A stretch of 64,000 nucleotides of DNA from Rhodocyclaceae bacterium (GTDB lineage Bacteria > Pseudomonadota > Gammaproteobacteria > Burkholderiales > Rhodocyclaceae). Location of the stretch: assembly GCA_018883385.1 (NCBI GenBank), contig VEQD01000003.1, positions 10,799 through 74,798 on the forward strand, given 5' to 3'. The position numbers and the translations under genes are program-made. Below are positions 30,687 through 41,401 of this stretch, one piece after another (position 1 is the stretch's first letter; each line of letters opens with the position of its first letter). Below the pieces are notes generated by a model that was given only the letters and a program-made list of their open reading frames with translations, was not told the DNA's origin and searched no databases.

Positions 30687-31382
30687 TTATTGAGCGCGAG
30701 TCTCAGTCTGTGGACTCGATCGTCCGGCAGCGCCCTCTCGGGCGAAGAGTGCCTGACGGTGAGTTTTGACAAACTGCTGCGCCTTGTAGATGGCTTTGAC
30801 CACCGCGCGTGGTGTCACGGTTGCGCCTGCGTAGGCGTCAAAGTCGCCACCATCCTTACGCACATGCCATTGCTGGGCGCTGAGATCCTCAGGCACCTGA
30901 TTGAACTGGTTGATCCAGGGGCGATCCTTGTTCATATCCTTGCGGGGGTCGATATAGTCGCCGAGTCCCGGGGTTTCCTTGTGCTCGACCACGCGCACAC
31001 CAATCACCTGACCGGCGGCGTTAAAGGCAGCGAGCATTTTGATGTTGCCACTATAACCATCCGGTGCGACGACATCGACCACCAGAGCACTTGGTTTGCC
31101 GCTCAAACGGGCTCGGTAGACAGTGGCGGGTGCCGTGATGCCCAGTGCCGCTTCGGGGGGCAGGGTAAGCGTATCGGCAAGCGGGTCGTTATCGTAGAGA
31201 CGCGCAGGAAGAATCTGGTTCAGAATCGCCATTTTTTCGGCGCGTGCCGATTGTTCGATGGTCGGCTTGGTGAATAGAAACGCCCAGGCCAGCAGAGCCG
31301 TGAAGAAAACAATGAATGCGACCAGCGTTAGCGCTGTCTCGCCCGAAACGCGAAAGGCATGTTTTTCTGCAGGGGTGCTCAT
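30687..31382 (-). CDS. rnfG: Rnf/Rsx subunit G
   Basis: GYSG.I, HKETPGLGD, AGATVT FMN-attachment motif; start ATG 31382. Confidence 0.95.
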   Translation of the reverse strand: MSTPAEKHAFRVSGETALTLVAFIVFFTALLAWAFLFTKPTIEQSARAEKMAILNQILPARLYDNDPLADTLTLPPEAALGITAPATVYRARLSGKPSALVVDVVAPDGYSGNIKMLAAFNAAGQVIGVRVVEHKETPGLGDYIDPRKDMNKDRPWINQFNQVPEDLSAQQWHVRKDGGDFDAYAGATVTPRAVVKAIYKAQQFVKTHRQALFAREGAAGRSSPQTETRAQ

Positions 31383-32431
31383 GCCTTGCCTCGGTGTTTT
31401 TCGCCAAAAATCGGGGGCTGTGTGTACATATCGATGAGCGGTACGCACATGTTAAGAAGCAGAACCGCAAAGGCGACGCCATCCGGAAACGCACCAAAGA
31501 CGCGGATCAGATACGCCAGGATACCGATGGCTGCAGCAAAGACCAGTTTGCCCCGTGGCGTTGTTGCGCCGCTGACTGGATCGGTGGCGATGAAGAATGC
31601 CCCGAGCAGGGTCGCGCCACCGAGAATGTGAAACAGCGGGTTGGCGTAATGCGCCGGATCAACAAGCCAGAAGACAAGTGCGATCGTACCAATGCCGGCG
31701 ATGAGTGCGGTCGGAATATGCCAGGTAATGACCTTCTGCTGAATCAGCCAGAGACCACCGATGAGCCAGCCCAGCGTGACCCATTCCCAGCCGTTGCCTC
31801 CGCCGATACCGTAGATTGTGTGATCTTTGAGAATGCTCTGAACGGTCAAGCTATCGTTACCCGTAGCCAGACGCAAAGTGGTTTTGAGGTGGTCGAGCGG
31901 CGTAGCACCGGCCCAGGCATCGATGCGTTCTGGAAAGAAGATGGCCGTGATCTGATCTAGGGGCGCAAGTCCACCAGCCGATAGCGGCTGCGGCCATTGC
32001 GACATGATGGCCGGAAAGGACACAATACACAGGGCGTAGGCCACCATGGCCGGGTTGAAGGGATTTTGTCCAAGGCCGCCGTAGAGATGCTTGGCGACGA
32101 TGATTGCAAAGGCAGTACCAAGAACGATCAACCACCAAGGTCCCATGGGTGGAAATGAGAGTGCAATGAGCCAGGCGGTGACGATGGCGGATAGGTCGGC
32201 TAATGCTGGGGCGATCGGGCGCTGCCTAAGCTTGAGGAAGCCGGCTTCGGCGAGCGCAGCGGTGATGGTTGCTAGCGCCAGTTGTACCAAAATGGCGGGG
32301 CCGAATAGCCAGGCATAGATTGCAATGCCGGGCACGAGTGCCAGAAGCACCTTGAGCATGATACGCGTGACGCTCACCGGTTGGACCAGGTAAGGCGATT
32401 GGGTCAGCACGTTAGGCGTTTCAAAAGACAT
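31379..32431 (-). CDS. rnfD: Rnf/Rsx subunit D
   Basis: GGLGQNPFNPA, AGATPL, FFIATDPVS. Confidence 0.96.
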   Translation of the reverse strand: MSFETPNVLTQSPYLVQPVSVTRIMLKVLLALVPGIAIYAWLFGPAILVQLALATITAALAEAGFLKLRQRPIAPALADLSAIVTAWLIALSFPPMGPWWLIVLGTAFAIIVAKHLYGGLGQNPFNPAMVAYALCIVSFPAIMSQWPQPLSAGGLAPLDQITAIFFPERIDAWAGATPLDHLKTTLRLATGNDSLTVQSILKDHTIYGIGGGNGWEWVTLGWLIGGLWLIQQKVITWHIPTALIAGIGTIALVFWLVDPAHYANPLFHILGGATLLGAFFIATDPVSGATTPRGKLVFAAAIGILAYLIRVFGAFPDGVAFAVLLLNMCVPLIDMYTQPPIFGEKHRGKA

Positions 32432-32452
32432 GATGCGTTTTTCGTTGAGTCA

Positions 32453-34108
32453 TCAGGGCGAGGTGTCGCCATTCTTGACAGCGTGATGTTCGCGCTTGAG
32501 GCGGGCGCGTTCTGCGGCAGCGGCTATGGCGGCCTGTTTGGCGGCAGCATCCAGTACCGGGTGATTGTCCACAGCGATCGGTGTCGATGCCTGATCGGGA
32601 TGGCTGGAAATATCGGGGGCGTCATCCGGGTTGGCGACGGCCGTGGCGGCACCAGACGCATTCAGCGTGGCGCCGGCAGCCTGACGGGCGGCGTTGGCCT
32701 TGGCGAGTCGTTCCGCTTTCTCACGCTTCTCCCGATCGGCACGTTCCTGGCGGAACTCATGGCGCTCGCGTGCGGCATCGGCGGTCTGTTTCTCGCGTTG
32801 TTCCGCCTGAATTTCACTCTTGGCAAAACGGAAATAATTCACCAGCGGAATATGGCTGGGGCAGACGTAGTCGCAGCAACCACATTCGATACAGTCGAAG
32901 AGTTTGTAGTTTTCCAGCTTGTCGAACTTGCTGGCGCGTGACCACCAGTAGAGCTCAAAGGGCTGCAACTCCTGCGGACAGGCCTCTGCACAGCTACCGC
33001 AACGAATGCAGGGGAGCTCTGCGGGCTTGGGGGGGAACAGGCCGGGGGCATGAACGATGAGGCTGTTCGTTGACTTGATGACAGGGGCGTTGTCCGTGCT
33101 GATGCGAAAGCCCATCATCGGTCCACCCATAATGACGCCATCACTGTCAGTTCGAGGTTGTGCGAGATTCACGAGTTTGCCGATCGGCATGCCAATGGGT
33201 ACAGACCAGTTGCGTGCCTCAGCCACGGCACCGCTAATGGTGACGATACGTGAGATCAGCGGTTCACCGTACGTAATGGCGCGCCAGGCCGACTGTACCG
33301 TGGCGACGTTGAACACCTGGACGCCAAAATCGGTAGAGCGCTTACTGCCAGGGACTTCTTTGCCGGTCAGCACACGAATCAGTTCTTTGGCTCCGCCAGT
33401 AGGATAGATCGTCGGTACCGTCACGATAGCGACAGGCGCGTTATGTTGCTGTTGTGCGGCGTTGAGTGCTGCGATGGCCTCGGGCTTGTTATCCTCGACG
33501 CCAATCAGTATCTTGCCGGCGTTAACAAGTCGGCCGAACAGCAGGCTACCCTGAATAATTTCCAGTGCCTGCTCGCGCATGAGGCGATCATCACAGCTGA
33601 TGAAGGGTTCGCATTCGGCACCATTGATGATGAGTTCCTCAATGTGTTTGCCGCTCGGCACACTGAGTTTGACGTGGCTCGGAAAGACGGCGCCGCCCAT
33701 GCCGACGATCCCCATATCGCGCAGATAGTCGCGCACGTCTTCAGGCGTCGCGTTATCGATGTCGAAGGGTTGACGCTCGATCCAGGCATCGCGGCCATCG
33801 GCTTCTATAACGACGCAATCGGTTGGTAAGCCCGAGGGATGCGGCGTAATGTGCGGTCCGATCTCAACCACGGTCCCCGAGGTCGGGGCATGCACGGCCG
33901 CTGAGACCCAGCCATCGGCATCGCCCAGTCGCTGGCCCTTGAGCACGCGATCTCCGACCTGAACGATGGGGCGGGGTGTGCCGCCAATATTTTGATGGAG
34001 TGGAACGATATAGCGGTTAACCAGTGGCGCCTGCGCGATCGGCAATTGTGTCGATTGCGTTTTGTTAGGATCCGGCTTGACGCCCCCCTTGAAGGTGAAG
34101 AGCTTCAT
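32453..34108 (-). CDS. rnfC: Rnf/Rsx subunit C
   Basis: GIVGMGGAVFP, NGAECEP, CIRCGSCAEACP, CIECGCCDYVCP; start ATG 34108. Confidence 0.96.
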   Translation of the reverse strand: MKLFTFKGGVKPDPNKTQSTQLPIAQAPLVNRYIVPLHQNIGGTPRPIVQVGDRVLKGQRLGDADGWVSAAVHAPTSGTVVEIGPHITPHPSGLPTDCVVIEADGRDAWIERQPFDIDNATPEDVRDYLRDMGIVGMGGAVFPSHVKLSVPSGKHIEELIINGAECEPFISCDDRLMREQALEIIQGSLLFGRLVNAGKILIGVEDNKPEAIAALNAAQQQHNAPVAIVTVPTIYPTGGAKELIRVLTGKEVPGSKRSTDFGVQVFNVATVQSAWRAITYGEPLISRIVTISGAVAEARNWSVPIGMPIGKLVNLAQPRTDSDGVIMGGPMMGFRISTDNAPVIKSTNSLIVHAPGLFPPKPAELPCIRCGSCAEACPQELQPFELYWWSRASKFDKLENYKLFDCIECGCCDYVCPSHIPLVNYFRFAKSEIQAEQREKQTADAARERHEFRQERADREKREKAERLAKANAARQAAGATLNASGAATAVANPDDAPDISSHPDQASTPIAVDNHPVLDAAAKQAAIAAAAERARLKREHHAVKNGDTSP

Positions 34109-34109
34109 G

Positions 34110-34706
34110 TCAGGCGGCCTCGCTCCCCATCTCACTGCCGACCGGCACGATGGGGATGATGCGTTGCTGTCCGGGTTTGTGCCACTTCCAAGTGCTTGGT
34201 GTGTCGGCTACGGTGATCATGCTGATGCATTCTACCGGGCACGGTGGGATACACAGTTCGCAGCCCGTGCAGAGATCTTCGGCAATCGTATGCATCTGCT
34301 TGGCAGCGCCGACGATCGCGTCGACCGGGCAGGCCTGAATGCAGAGAGTGCAGCCAATGCAGATTTTTTCATCAATGACGGCGACCTGTTTGGGCTTCTC
34401 GACACCATGTTCTGCGGACAGTGGCTTGTATTCTTTGCCCAGCAGTTCGGCCAGTTTGTGAATGTTTTCGTCACCCCCGGGCGGGCATTGATTGATGTCT
34501 GCTTCATCCTTGGCGATCGCTTCAGCGTAGGGTCGGCACCCCGGAAAACCGCACTGACCGCATTGGGTCTGCGGCAGGATGCTATCGATCTGATCGACGA
34601 GCGGATCGCCCTCGACCCTGAAGCGGGTCGAGGCATAGCCGAGCAGGGCGCCCAAGACCAGGCCGCCGAGGGCCATGATGGCGATCGCGTAGAGGATGCC
34701 GTCCAT
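34110..34706 (-). CDS. rnfB: Rnf/Rsx subunit B
   Basis: [33 protein letters not shown]. Confidence 0.96.
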   Translation of the reverse strand: MDGILYAIAIMALGGLVLGALLGYASTRFRVEGDPLVDQIDSILPQTQCGQCGFPGCRPYAEAIAKDEADINQCPPGGDENIHKLAELLGKEYKPLSAEHGVEKPKQVAVIDEKICIGCTLCIQACPVDAIVGAAKQMHTIAEDLCTGCELCIPPCPVECISMITVADTPSTWKWHKPGQQRIIPIVPVGSEMGSEAA

Positions 34707-34709
34707 AGG

Positions 34710-35291
34710 TTAGTAACGATCCAGACCTGCGAAACCCATGAATGCCAGACTCATCAGTCCAGCCGTGATCATGGCAATCGATACGCCACGGAAATGGCGC
34801 GGGACGTCAGCGCCATCAACACGCTCACGAATGCCTGCAAACAGAATCAGGGCGAACGAGAAACCAAGTGAACTCCCCGCGCCAAAAACCAGTGAGGCGA
34901 TGAAGCCGTTATTCTGGCTGACGTTGATGAGCGGAACGCCAAGTACGGCGCAGTTGGTGGTGATCAACGGCAAATAGATACCGAGCACCTGATGCAGGAT
35001 TGGGCTGGTCTTTTGAATGACCAGTTCCGTCAGCTGGACCAGCGCGGCGATGGTGACGATGAATGAAATTGTCCGGAGATATTCCAGCCCAAAGGGCGAG
35101 AGGAGATAGTGATCAATGATGTAGCTTGCACCGGTGCCTAACGTGAGCACGAAGGTGGTGGCAGCACCCATGCCATAGGCGGTACTCAGCTTCTTCGAGA
35201 CGCCCATGAAGGGGCATAGCCCGAGGATTCGCACCAGCACGACGTTGTTAACCAGGACGGCGCCGACCAGGATGAAGAGATATTCAGTCAT
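34710..35291 (-). CDS. rnfA: Rnf/Rsx subunit A
   Basis: [33 protein letters not shown]. Confidence 0.96.
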   Translation of the reverse strand: MTEYLFILVGAVLVNNVVLVRILGLCPFMGVSKKLSTAYGMGAATTFVLTLGTGASYIIDHYLLSPFGLEYLRTISFIVTIAALVQLTELVIQKTSPILHQVLGIYLPLITTNCAVLGVPLINVSQNNGFIASLVFGAGSSLGFSFALILFAGIRERVDGADVPRHFRGVSIAMITAGLMSLAFMGFAGLDRY

Positions 35292-35450
35292 GAAAACGCC
35301 CTAAGGGCTTATTTTTAGCGCAGTTTGTGGGAGATAGGCCGCATTATCCGCCCCGTTATGGTGTGGCGCAACACGCTTTTGCCATAAGCTTATGCTTTTT
35401 TGTGCCATAAACCGTAGGGCAACTACGGTTTCTCGGCATACACCCCGAAA

Positions 35451-36500
35451 TCAGAGGCTCGGGCGGTGGCTCTGACGGGTGTGACGTGCCAGTGCCTCAC
35501 CGGCTTCGCGGACGAGTGCCGGGCCCCGGTAGATGAGGCCTGTGTAAAGCTGCACCAGTTCGGCGCCGGCCGCGCGTTTGGCCACGGCGTCTTCGCCCGA
35601 ACCGATACCGCCAACGCCGATCAGCGGAATTTCACCGGCCAGTTTGGCATGCAATGCGGCCAGCACAGCGGTCGATTTTTCGAAGACGGGTTTGCCAGAC
35701 AGACCTCCAATTTCACCGGCATGAGGGTCATCCATTACGGCAGCGCGCTCCAGCGTGGTGTTGGTGGCAATCACCGCGTCAAAGCGGTGGCGGCGAACGG
35801 CGGCAGCAATGGCCTCGATTTGCAGATTGTCCAGATCTGGTGCGATCTTGAGCGCGAGGGGGACGTACTTGCCGTGTTGATCAGACAGACGTTGTTGACG
35901 ATCTTTAAGCCCGGCCAGCAAGGCCTCCAGCGCATCATCCTGTTGTAACGCGCGTAGGTTTTGCGTGTTCGGGCTCGAGATATTAATCGTCACGTAGTGG
36001 GCGTGGGCGTAAGCGGTGTCGAGTCCAACGAGGTAGTCGTCGTTCGCCCGGTCGATGGGGGTGCTGGCATTCTTACCAATGTTGATACCGATGATGCCAC
36101 CGTTTTTGGCGAACTGACTGGCCTGAACCCGGGCAACCAGATGGTCGACGCCCAGATTGTTAAAGCCAAAGCGATTGATCAGTGCATCGTGCGTCGGCAG
36201 ACGAAAGAGCCGCGGTTGAACGTTCCCCGGCTGTGCTTTGGGCGTGACCGTGCCAATTTCGATGAAGCCGAATCCGAGTGCGGCCAAACCGTCGATGTGC
36301 GTCCCATCTTTATCGAGGCCTGCGGCGAGCCCAACGCGGTTGGGAAACGGGATGCCCATCACGGTGACCGGATCGGCCGGCAACGTTTGACGAAGCAGCC
36401 CCAATTTTGCTGCGTGATCCAGGCCATTCAGACTGAGGTTGTGCGCTGTTTCTGGCGGCAGAGAGAAGAGCAGGGGGCGAAGCAGCGTATAAAGATTCAT
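35451..36500 (-). CDS. pyrD: quinone-dependent dihydroorotate dehydrogenase
   Basis: [31 protein letters not shown]. Confidence 0.97.
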   Translation of the reverse strand: MNLYTLLRPLLFSLPPETAHNLSLNGLDHAAKLGLLRQTLPADPVTVMGIPFPNRVGLAAGLDKDGTHIDGLAALGFGFIEIGTVTPKAQPGNVQPRLFRLPTHDALINRFGFNNLGVDHLVARVQASQFAKNGGIIGINIGKNASTPIDRANDDYLVGLDTAYAHAHYVTINISSPNTQNLRALQQDDALEALLAGLKDRQQRLSDQHGKYVPLALKIAPDLDNLQIEAIAAAVRRHRFDAVIATNTTLERAAVMDDPHAGEIGGLSGKPVFEKSTAVLAALHAKLAGEIPLIGVGGIGSGEDAVAKRAAGAELVQLYTGLIYRGPALVREAGEALARHTRQSHRPSL

Positions 36501-36533
36501 GATGACCGAACGTCTTGGGAGGGCTTTGGGGAT

Positions 36534-37298
36534 TTAGGGTGCCCGACAGTGCTCGGGCAAGGCCGGCATTTTAATCCAGTGGCCGTCATCAAGCATGTCC
36601 ATAGGTTGATAGCGCGACTTGTAGGCCATCTTCTGGCTCTCGGCGATCCAGTAACCCAGGTAGAGATAGGGCAGGTTGTTGTACTGACACTGAATAATCT
36701 GCCAGAGAATGGCGTAGCTTCCGAAGCTGGCTCTGGCATTGTGTGGGTCAAAGAATGTGTAGACCGCCGATAAGCCGTCAGGCAATACATCGAGTACGCT
36801 GACCATGACCACGCGACCGCCCATGCGAAATTCGACCAGGCGCGTATCGACGCTGCTCTTGAGCAAGAACTCGCGATATTGCTCCGGGTCATCTTCGTCC
36901 ATGCCGCCATGAGGATGACGCGACCTCTGGTAGGCCTGGTAGAGCGCGTAGTGCTCCGGGTCAAAAACAAGTGGGCGTTCCGAGACCTGCATGAGCCCCG
37001 GTGCGTTGAGCCGATTCAGGATTTTGCGCTGCGTGCGATCCGGTGCGAATTCCAGTGCGCGCACGCGCACCGGCACACAGCGCTGACAGCCGTCACAGTG
37101 CGGGCGATAGGTGAACTGGCCGCTGCGCCGAAAACCGCGATGGACAAGCATGCCGTAGACAGTTGCGTCGATGTGATCGGGCGGAATAGCCACCTGCGAG
37201 CGTGCCTGACGATCCATCAGGTAACTGCAGGGGTAGGCTGCCGTTGTATAGAAATGCAACAGTGATTCGGGTAGCGCGGCATCGTTAATATGCGACAT
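36534..37298 (-). CDS. ate: ATE-family aminoacyl-tRNA--protein transferase (Bpt/Ate)
   Basis: CSYL, GFRRSG..TYRPHC..C..C, SAVYTFFDP, YLGYWI...KMAYK. Confidence 0.92.
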   Translation of the reverse strand: MSHINDAALPESLLHFYTTAAYPCSYLMDRQARSQVAIPPDHIDATVYGMLVHRGFRRSGQFTYRPHCDGCQRCVPVRVRALEFAPDRTQRKILNRLNAPGLMQVSERPLVFDPEHYALYQAYQRSRHPHGGMDEDDPEQYREFLLKSSVDTRLVEFRMGGRVVMVSVLDVLPDGLSAVYTFFDPHNARASFGSYAILWQIIQCQYNNLPYLYLGYWIAESQKMAYKSRYQPMDMLDDGHWIKMPALPEHCRAP

Positions 37299-37313
37299 GA
37301 CGCTAGCTTAAAC

Positions 37314-37340
37314 AAAAAACGCCGCACCTGCGGCGTTTTT
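37314..37340 (-). terminator. terminator after the NlpC/P60 gene
   Basis: AAAAAACGCCGC-ACCT-GCGGCGTTTTT. Confidence 0.8.
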
Positions 37341-37355
37341 CGGAAGCAAATTCAA

Positions 37356-37916
37356 TCAGAAGGACAGCGCTTTGCCAGGCGCTGCGGTCACGCCATCAAG
37401 GCGTCGTGCACCGTTGAACTTGCCAACCCAGTAGGCCTGGTGCATGTTCTCAACACGAATCTCGGCGCCCGGCTTCGGCGCATGCACGAACTGGTCATTG
37501 CCCAGATAGATGCCCACGTGCGAGTAGGCACGCTTCATCGTATTAAAGAACACCAGATCGCCCGGCTTCAACTCTTCTGCGCTGACCTTGGTGCCGACAT
37601 TGGCCTGTTCAGCCGCCGTACGGGGCAGGTCGATGCCATTGGAGTCCAGGAAGACCAGACGCGTAAAACCGCTGCAGTCCAGACCGGACTCCACGGTGTT
37701 GCCGCCACGTCGATACGGTACACCAACGAATTCCAGACCCTTGATGATCAGGTCTTGGATATTAACGGAGTAACGCTGGAACAGACCCGGCTTGTCGGCC
37801 TCGTCTGCGCGAACCGCGCTAGAGAAGGGGACAAGCGTTGTAGCGATCGTCATAGCGGCAAGCGCCTGCACCAGAAGCTTCTTGCCCGTTTTGCTGGGGG
37901 GGTTAACCTTATGCAT
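37356..37916 (-). CDS. NlpC/P60 (C40) peptidoglycan endopeptidase
   Basis: GVPYRRGG, DCSG, PGDLVFF, HVGIY, FVHA; start placed at ATG 37916. Confidence 0.93.
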   Translation of the reverse strand: MHKVNPPSKTGKKLLVQALAAMTIATTLVPFSSAVRADEADKPGLFQRYSVNIQDLIIKGLEFVGVPYRRGGNTVESGLDCSGFTRLVFLDSNGIDLPRTAAEQANVGTKVSAEELKPGDLVFFNTMKRAYSHVGIYLGNDQFVHAPKPGAEIRVENMHQAYWVGKFNGARRLDGVTAAPGKALSF

Positions 37917-38253
37917 CCGACCACTGTACCCCAAAAAGGGGACCCGGGGCAAGCCTTTTTGACCTTTGAACGCAATACCAGATTCTTTAAGCTATTCATA
38001 AGGTTGCATGCCAAAGTCGATCTATCGCTGAATCTTTTTAGATGCTGTTCTGCAGCATTCTGCTTTGGGGTGATGTGGGTCGTTTCGGGGATAGATAGCG
38101 GGTGATTTTTGACTCTTTTATATGTGTTTGTGAATTTTGGTCTAAACCCTCTCGCTTCTGGGTTCGGCTTGTGTTACAAATCAGGCTTACGCCGTTTTTT
38201 TGCGGCAGATGGTTGTGTCTGCCGTTCCTCTGTTTTTTTGAAAGGAAATCGCC

Positions 38254-40851
38254 GTGCTAGAAGCCTACCGGAGCCATGTTGCCGAGCGTGCCGCCCTGGG
38301 GATTGCCCCGCTGCCGCTCAATGCCCAGCAGACCGCTGAGCTGGTCGAACTGCTGAAGAATCCGCCCAAGGGTGAAGAAGATGCTCTGGTTGAGCTCATC
38401 ACCTACCGCGTTCCGGCGGGTGTGGATGATGCCGCGCGCGTCAAGGCCGGTTTCCTGGCTGCTGTGGCCAAGGGCGAGGTGAAGTGCGCGCTGATTTCGC
38501 GTGTACGTGCCACCGAACTGCTCGGCACCATGCTCGGCGGTTACAACGTCAAGCCGCTGATCGACCTGCTGGGCGATGCGGAGTGCGGCGCCGCGGCTGC
38601 CGCAGGCCTCAAGAAGACGCTGCTCGTGTTCGACTACTTCCACGATGTTAAGGAACTGGCCGACAAGGGCAATGCTAACGCCAAGGCCGTGATGCAGTCG
38701 TGGGCTGACGCCGAATGGTTTACCTCGCGTCCTGAAGTCCCGGCCTCGCAAAAGCTGACGGTCTTCAAGGTCACTGGTGAAACCAATACCGATGACCTGT
38801 CGCCGGCACCGGATGCTTGGTCGCGTCCAGATATTCCGCTGCATGCTCTGGCCATGCTGAAGAACCCACGTCCGGGTATCGAAGCCGATGAGCCGGGTAG
38901 CCGTGGTCCGATCAAGCAACTCGAAGCATTGGCCAAGAAGGGCAACCAGATCGCCTACGTCGGTGACGTGGTCGGTACAGGTTCGTCGCGTAAGTCAGCC
39001 ACCAACTCGGTACTATGGTTCACCGGTGAAGATATTCCTTATGTGCCGAACAAGCGTTTCGGCGGCGTCTGTCTGGGCACGAAGATCGCGCCGATCTTCT
39101 TCAACACCATGGAAGATGCCGGTGCACTGCCGATCGAAATCGACGCCGGTCAAATGGACATGGGCGACGAAATCGAACTGAAGGTGGATCAGGCAACTGC
39201 CAAAGTCACCGCGCTCAAGAATGGGCAGGTGATTGCTGAATCGCAACTGAAAACGCCGGTCATTCTGGACGAAGTTCGTGCCGGTGGTCGTATTCCGCTG
39301 ATCATTGGTCGCGGCCTGACCACCAAGGCCCGTGAAGCACTGGGCTTGCCCGCGTCAACCTTGTTCCGTCTGCCGCAGAATCCGGCTGATTCGGGTAAGG
39401 GCTTCTCGCTGGCCCAGAAGATGGTCGGTCGTGCCTGTGGTCTCCCGGAAGGCAAGGGTATCCGTCCGGGCACGTATTGCGAACCGAAGATGACGACCGT
39501 GGGCTCGCAAGACACCACCGGTCCGATGACACGCGACGAGCTGAAGGATCTGGCTTGCCTGGGCTTCTCGGCCGATATGGTCATGCAGTCGTTCTGTCAC
39601 ACCGCAGCTTATCCTAAGCCGGTCGATGTGAAGATGCATCACGAACTGCCACCGTTCATCGAAAACCGTGGTGGCGTTGCCCTGCGTCCGGGCGACGGGG
39701 TGATTCACTCGTGGTTGAACCGTCTGCTCCTGCCGGATACCGTCGGTACTGGCGGTGACTCGCACACCCGCTTCCCGATCGGTATTTCGTTCCCGGCCGG
39801 CTCGGGTCTGGTCGCCTTTGCCGCCGCCACCGGCGTCATGCCGCTGGATATGCCGGAATCGGTCCTGGTCCGCTTCAAGGGCAAGATGCAACCTGGTATC
39901 ACCCTGCGTGACCTCGTGAACGCCATTCCACTGGCCGCTATTAAAGAAGGTCTGCTGACGGTTGAGAAGAAGGGCAAGAAGAACATCTTCTCGGGCCGCA
40001 TTCTTGAAATCGAAGGTCTGCCTGATCTGAAGGTGGAACAAGCCTTTGAACTGTCGGATGCTGCCGCCGAGCGTTCGGCTGCCGCTTGTGCTGTTCAGCT
40101 GAACCCGGAACCGATCACCGAATATCTGCGTTCGAATATCACGCTGATGAAGTGGATGATCGCCAACGGCTACCAAGACAAGCGTACGCTGGAGCGTCGT
40201 ATCAAAGCCATGGAAGCCTGGATCGCCGATCCGAAGCTGCTCAAGGGCGATGCCGATGCCGAGTACGCCGCCGTGATCGAAATCGACATGAGCCAGATCA
40301 AAGAACCGATCGTGGCCTGCCCGAACGATCCGGATGACGTCAAGGTGCTGTCGGAAGTTGCTGGCGACAAGATCGACGAAGTGTTCGTCGGTTCGTGTAT
40401 GACCAACATCGGTCACTTCCGTGCCGCTTCGAAGCTGCTCGAAGGCAAGAGTGATATTCCGGTTCGCCTGTGGATTGCCCCGCCGACCAAAATGGATCAG
40501 CACGTGCTCACCGAAGAAGGCCATTATGGCGTTCTAGGCCGCACCGGTGCCCGCATGGAAATGCCGGGCTGCTCGCTGTGTATGGGTAACCAGGCACAGA
40601 TCCGCAAGGGCTCGACCGCCATGTCTACCTCGACCCGTAACTTCCCGAACCGTCTGGGTATTGATACCCGCGTGTATCTGGGCTCAGCCGAGTTGGCTTC
40701 GGTCTGTGCGCTGCTGGGTCGTATCCCGACCCCGGCCGAGTACATGGAGCATCAGGGCGTCATCAGCAAAGATGCTGACAAGATCTACCGCTACATGAAC
40801 TTTGATCAGATCAAAGAGTTCAAGGACGTGGCAGACACCGTCAACGTCTAA
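38254..40851 (+). CDS. acnB: aconitate hydratase B
   Basis: [42 protein letters not shown]; 865 aa. Confidence 0.98.
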   Translation: MLEAYRSHVAERAALGIAPLPLNAQQTAELVELLKNPPKGEEDALVELITYRVPAGVDDAARVKAGFLAAVAKGEVKCALISRVRATELLGTMLGGYNVKPLIDLLGDAECGAAAAAGLKKTLLVFDYFHDVKELADKGNANAKAVMQSWADAEWFTSRPEVPASQKLTVFKVTGETNTDDLSPAPDAWSRPDIPLHALAMLKNPRPGIEADEPGSRGPIKQLEALAKKGNQIAYVGDVVGTGSSRKSATNSVLWFTGEDIPYVPNKRFGGVCLGTKIAPIFFNTMEDAGALPIEIDAGQMDMGDEIELKVDQATAKVTALKNGQVIAESQLKTPVILDEVRAGGRIPLIIGRGLTTKAREALGLPASTLFRLPQNPADSGKGFSLAQKMVGRACGLPEGKGIRPGTYCEPKMTTVGSQDTTGPMTRDELKDLACLGFSADMVMQSFCHTAAYPKPVDVKMHHELPPFIENRGGVALRPGDGVIHSWLNRLLLPDTVGTGGDSHTRFPIGISFPAGSGLVAFAAATGVMPLDMPESVLVRFKGKMQPGITLRDLVNAIPLAAIKEGLLTVEKKGKKNIFSGRILEIEGLPDLKVEQAFELSDAAAERSAAACAVQLNPEPITEYLRSNITLMKWMIANGYQDKRTLERRIKAMEAWIADPKLLKGDADAEYAAVIEIDMSQIKEPIVACPNDPDDVKVLSEVAGDKIDEVFVGSCMTNIGHFRAASKLLEGKSDIPVRLWIAPPTKMDQHVLTEEGHYGVLGRTGARMEMPGCSLCMGNQAQIRKGSTAMSTSTRNFPNRLGIDTRVYLGSAELASVCALLGRIPTPAEYMEHQGVISKDADKIYRYMNFDQIKEFKDVADTVNV

Positions 40852-40871
40852 GTGGATGTTGCAATAAAAGG

Positions 40872-40903
40872 AACCCGCCGCTCGCAAGACCGGCGGGTTT
40901 TTT
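40872..40903 (+). terminator. terminator after acnB
   Basis: AACCCGCCG...CGGCGGGTT followed by a T run. Confidence 0.8.
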
Positions 40904-40955
40904 CATGCTGCAGATCTGGTAAATTGAACACATATTGCATCGATAGGAGACTGTC

Positions 40956-41354
40956 ATGAATAGAATCAACGCTGTTTTTGCACTGGGTATTGCCGTAACC
41001 GCTGGTGTGGCGCACGCAGAAACGCTACGCGCGATCACGGTCGAACAGAATGCCAGCTATGCGCTTGACGTCGATAGTCTGAAAAAATCCAACGGTAAAA
41101 CGGCCTTTGCCGTTCAGACGATCTACACGAATAAAATGAAGGCACCCAATGGTGCCGAGTACACCAAGGCGACCAACACCTTTCTGGCGGACTGCAAAGC
41201 CAAGACTCAGGCACTGACAGGCGTTACGCTGATGCAAGGGTCAGGCGAGGTGGTCTATAGCTACACACCGACGGTCAGTGAAGCGCCGATGATGGCACCG
41301 GAAAAGAATTCGCTGGACGCCAAGATCATGCAGACTGCATGCAGCTTGAGCTGA
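40956..41354 (+). CDS. exported protein, surface-adhesin-E-like
   Basis: signal peptide ending AHA; YALDVDSL, LADCK, P..S....IMQTAC two-Cys pattern; AGGAG RBS. Confidence 0.6.
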   Translation: MNRINAVFALGIAVTAGVAHAETLRAITVEQNASYALDVDSLKKSNGKTAFAVQTIYTNKMKAPNGAEYTKATNTFLADCKAKTQALTGVTLMQGSGEVVYSYTPTVSEAPMMAPEKNSLDAKIMQTACSLS

Positions 41355-41401
41355 ACACGTTGCTGATACGGATAGCGTTAACGGCCTAAAGGGTCTCTGA
41401 C

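Noticed and set aside
29987-35291. rnf cluster as a sign of nitrogen fixation
   Set aside because: Order rnfABCDGE-nth is the housekeeping rsx-type arrangement; no rnfH or nif genes in the window
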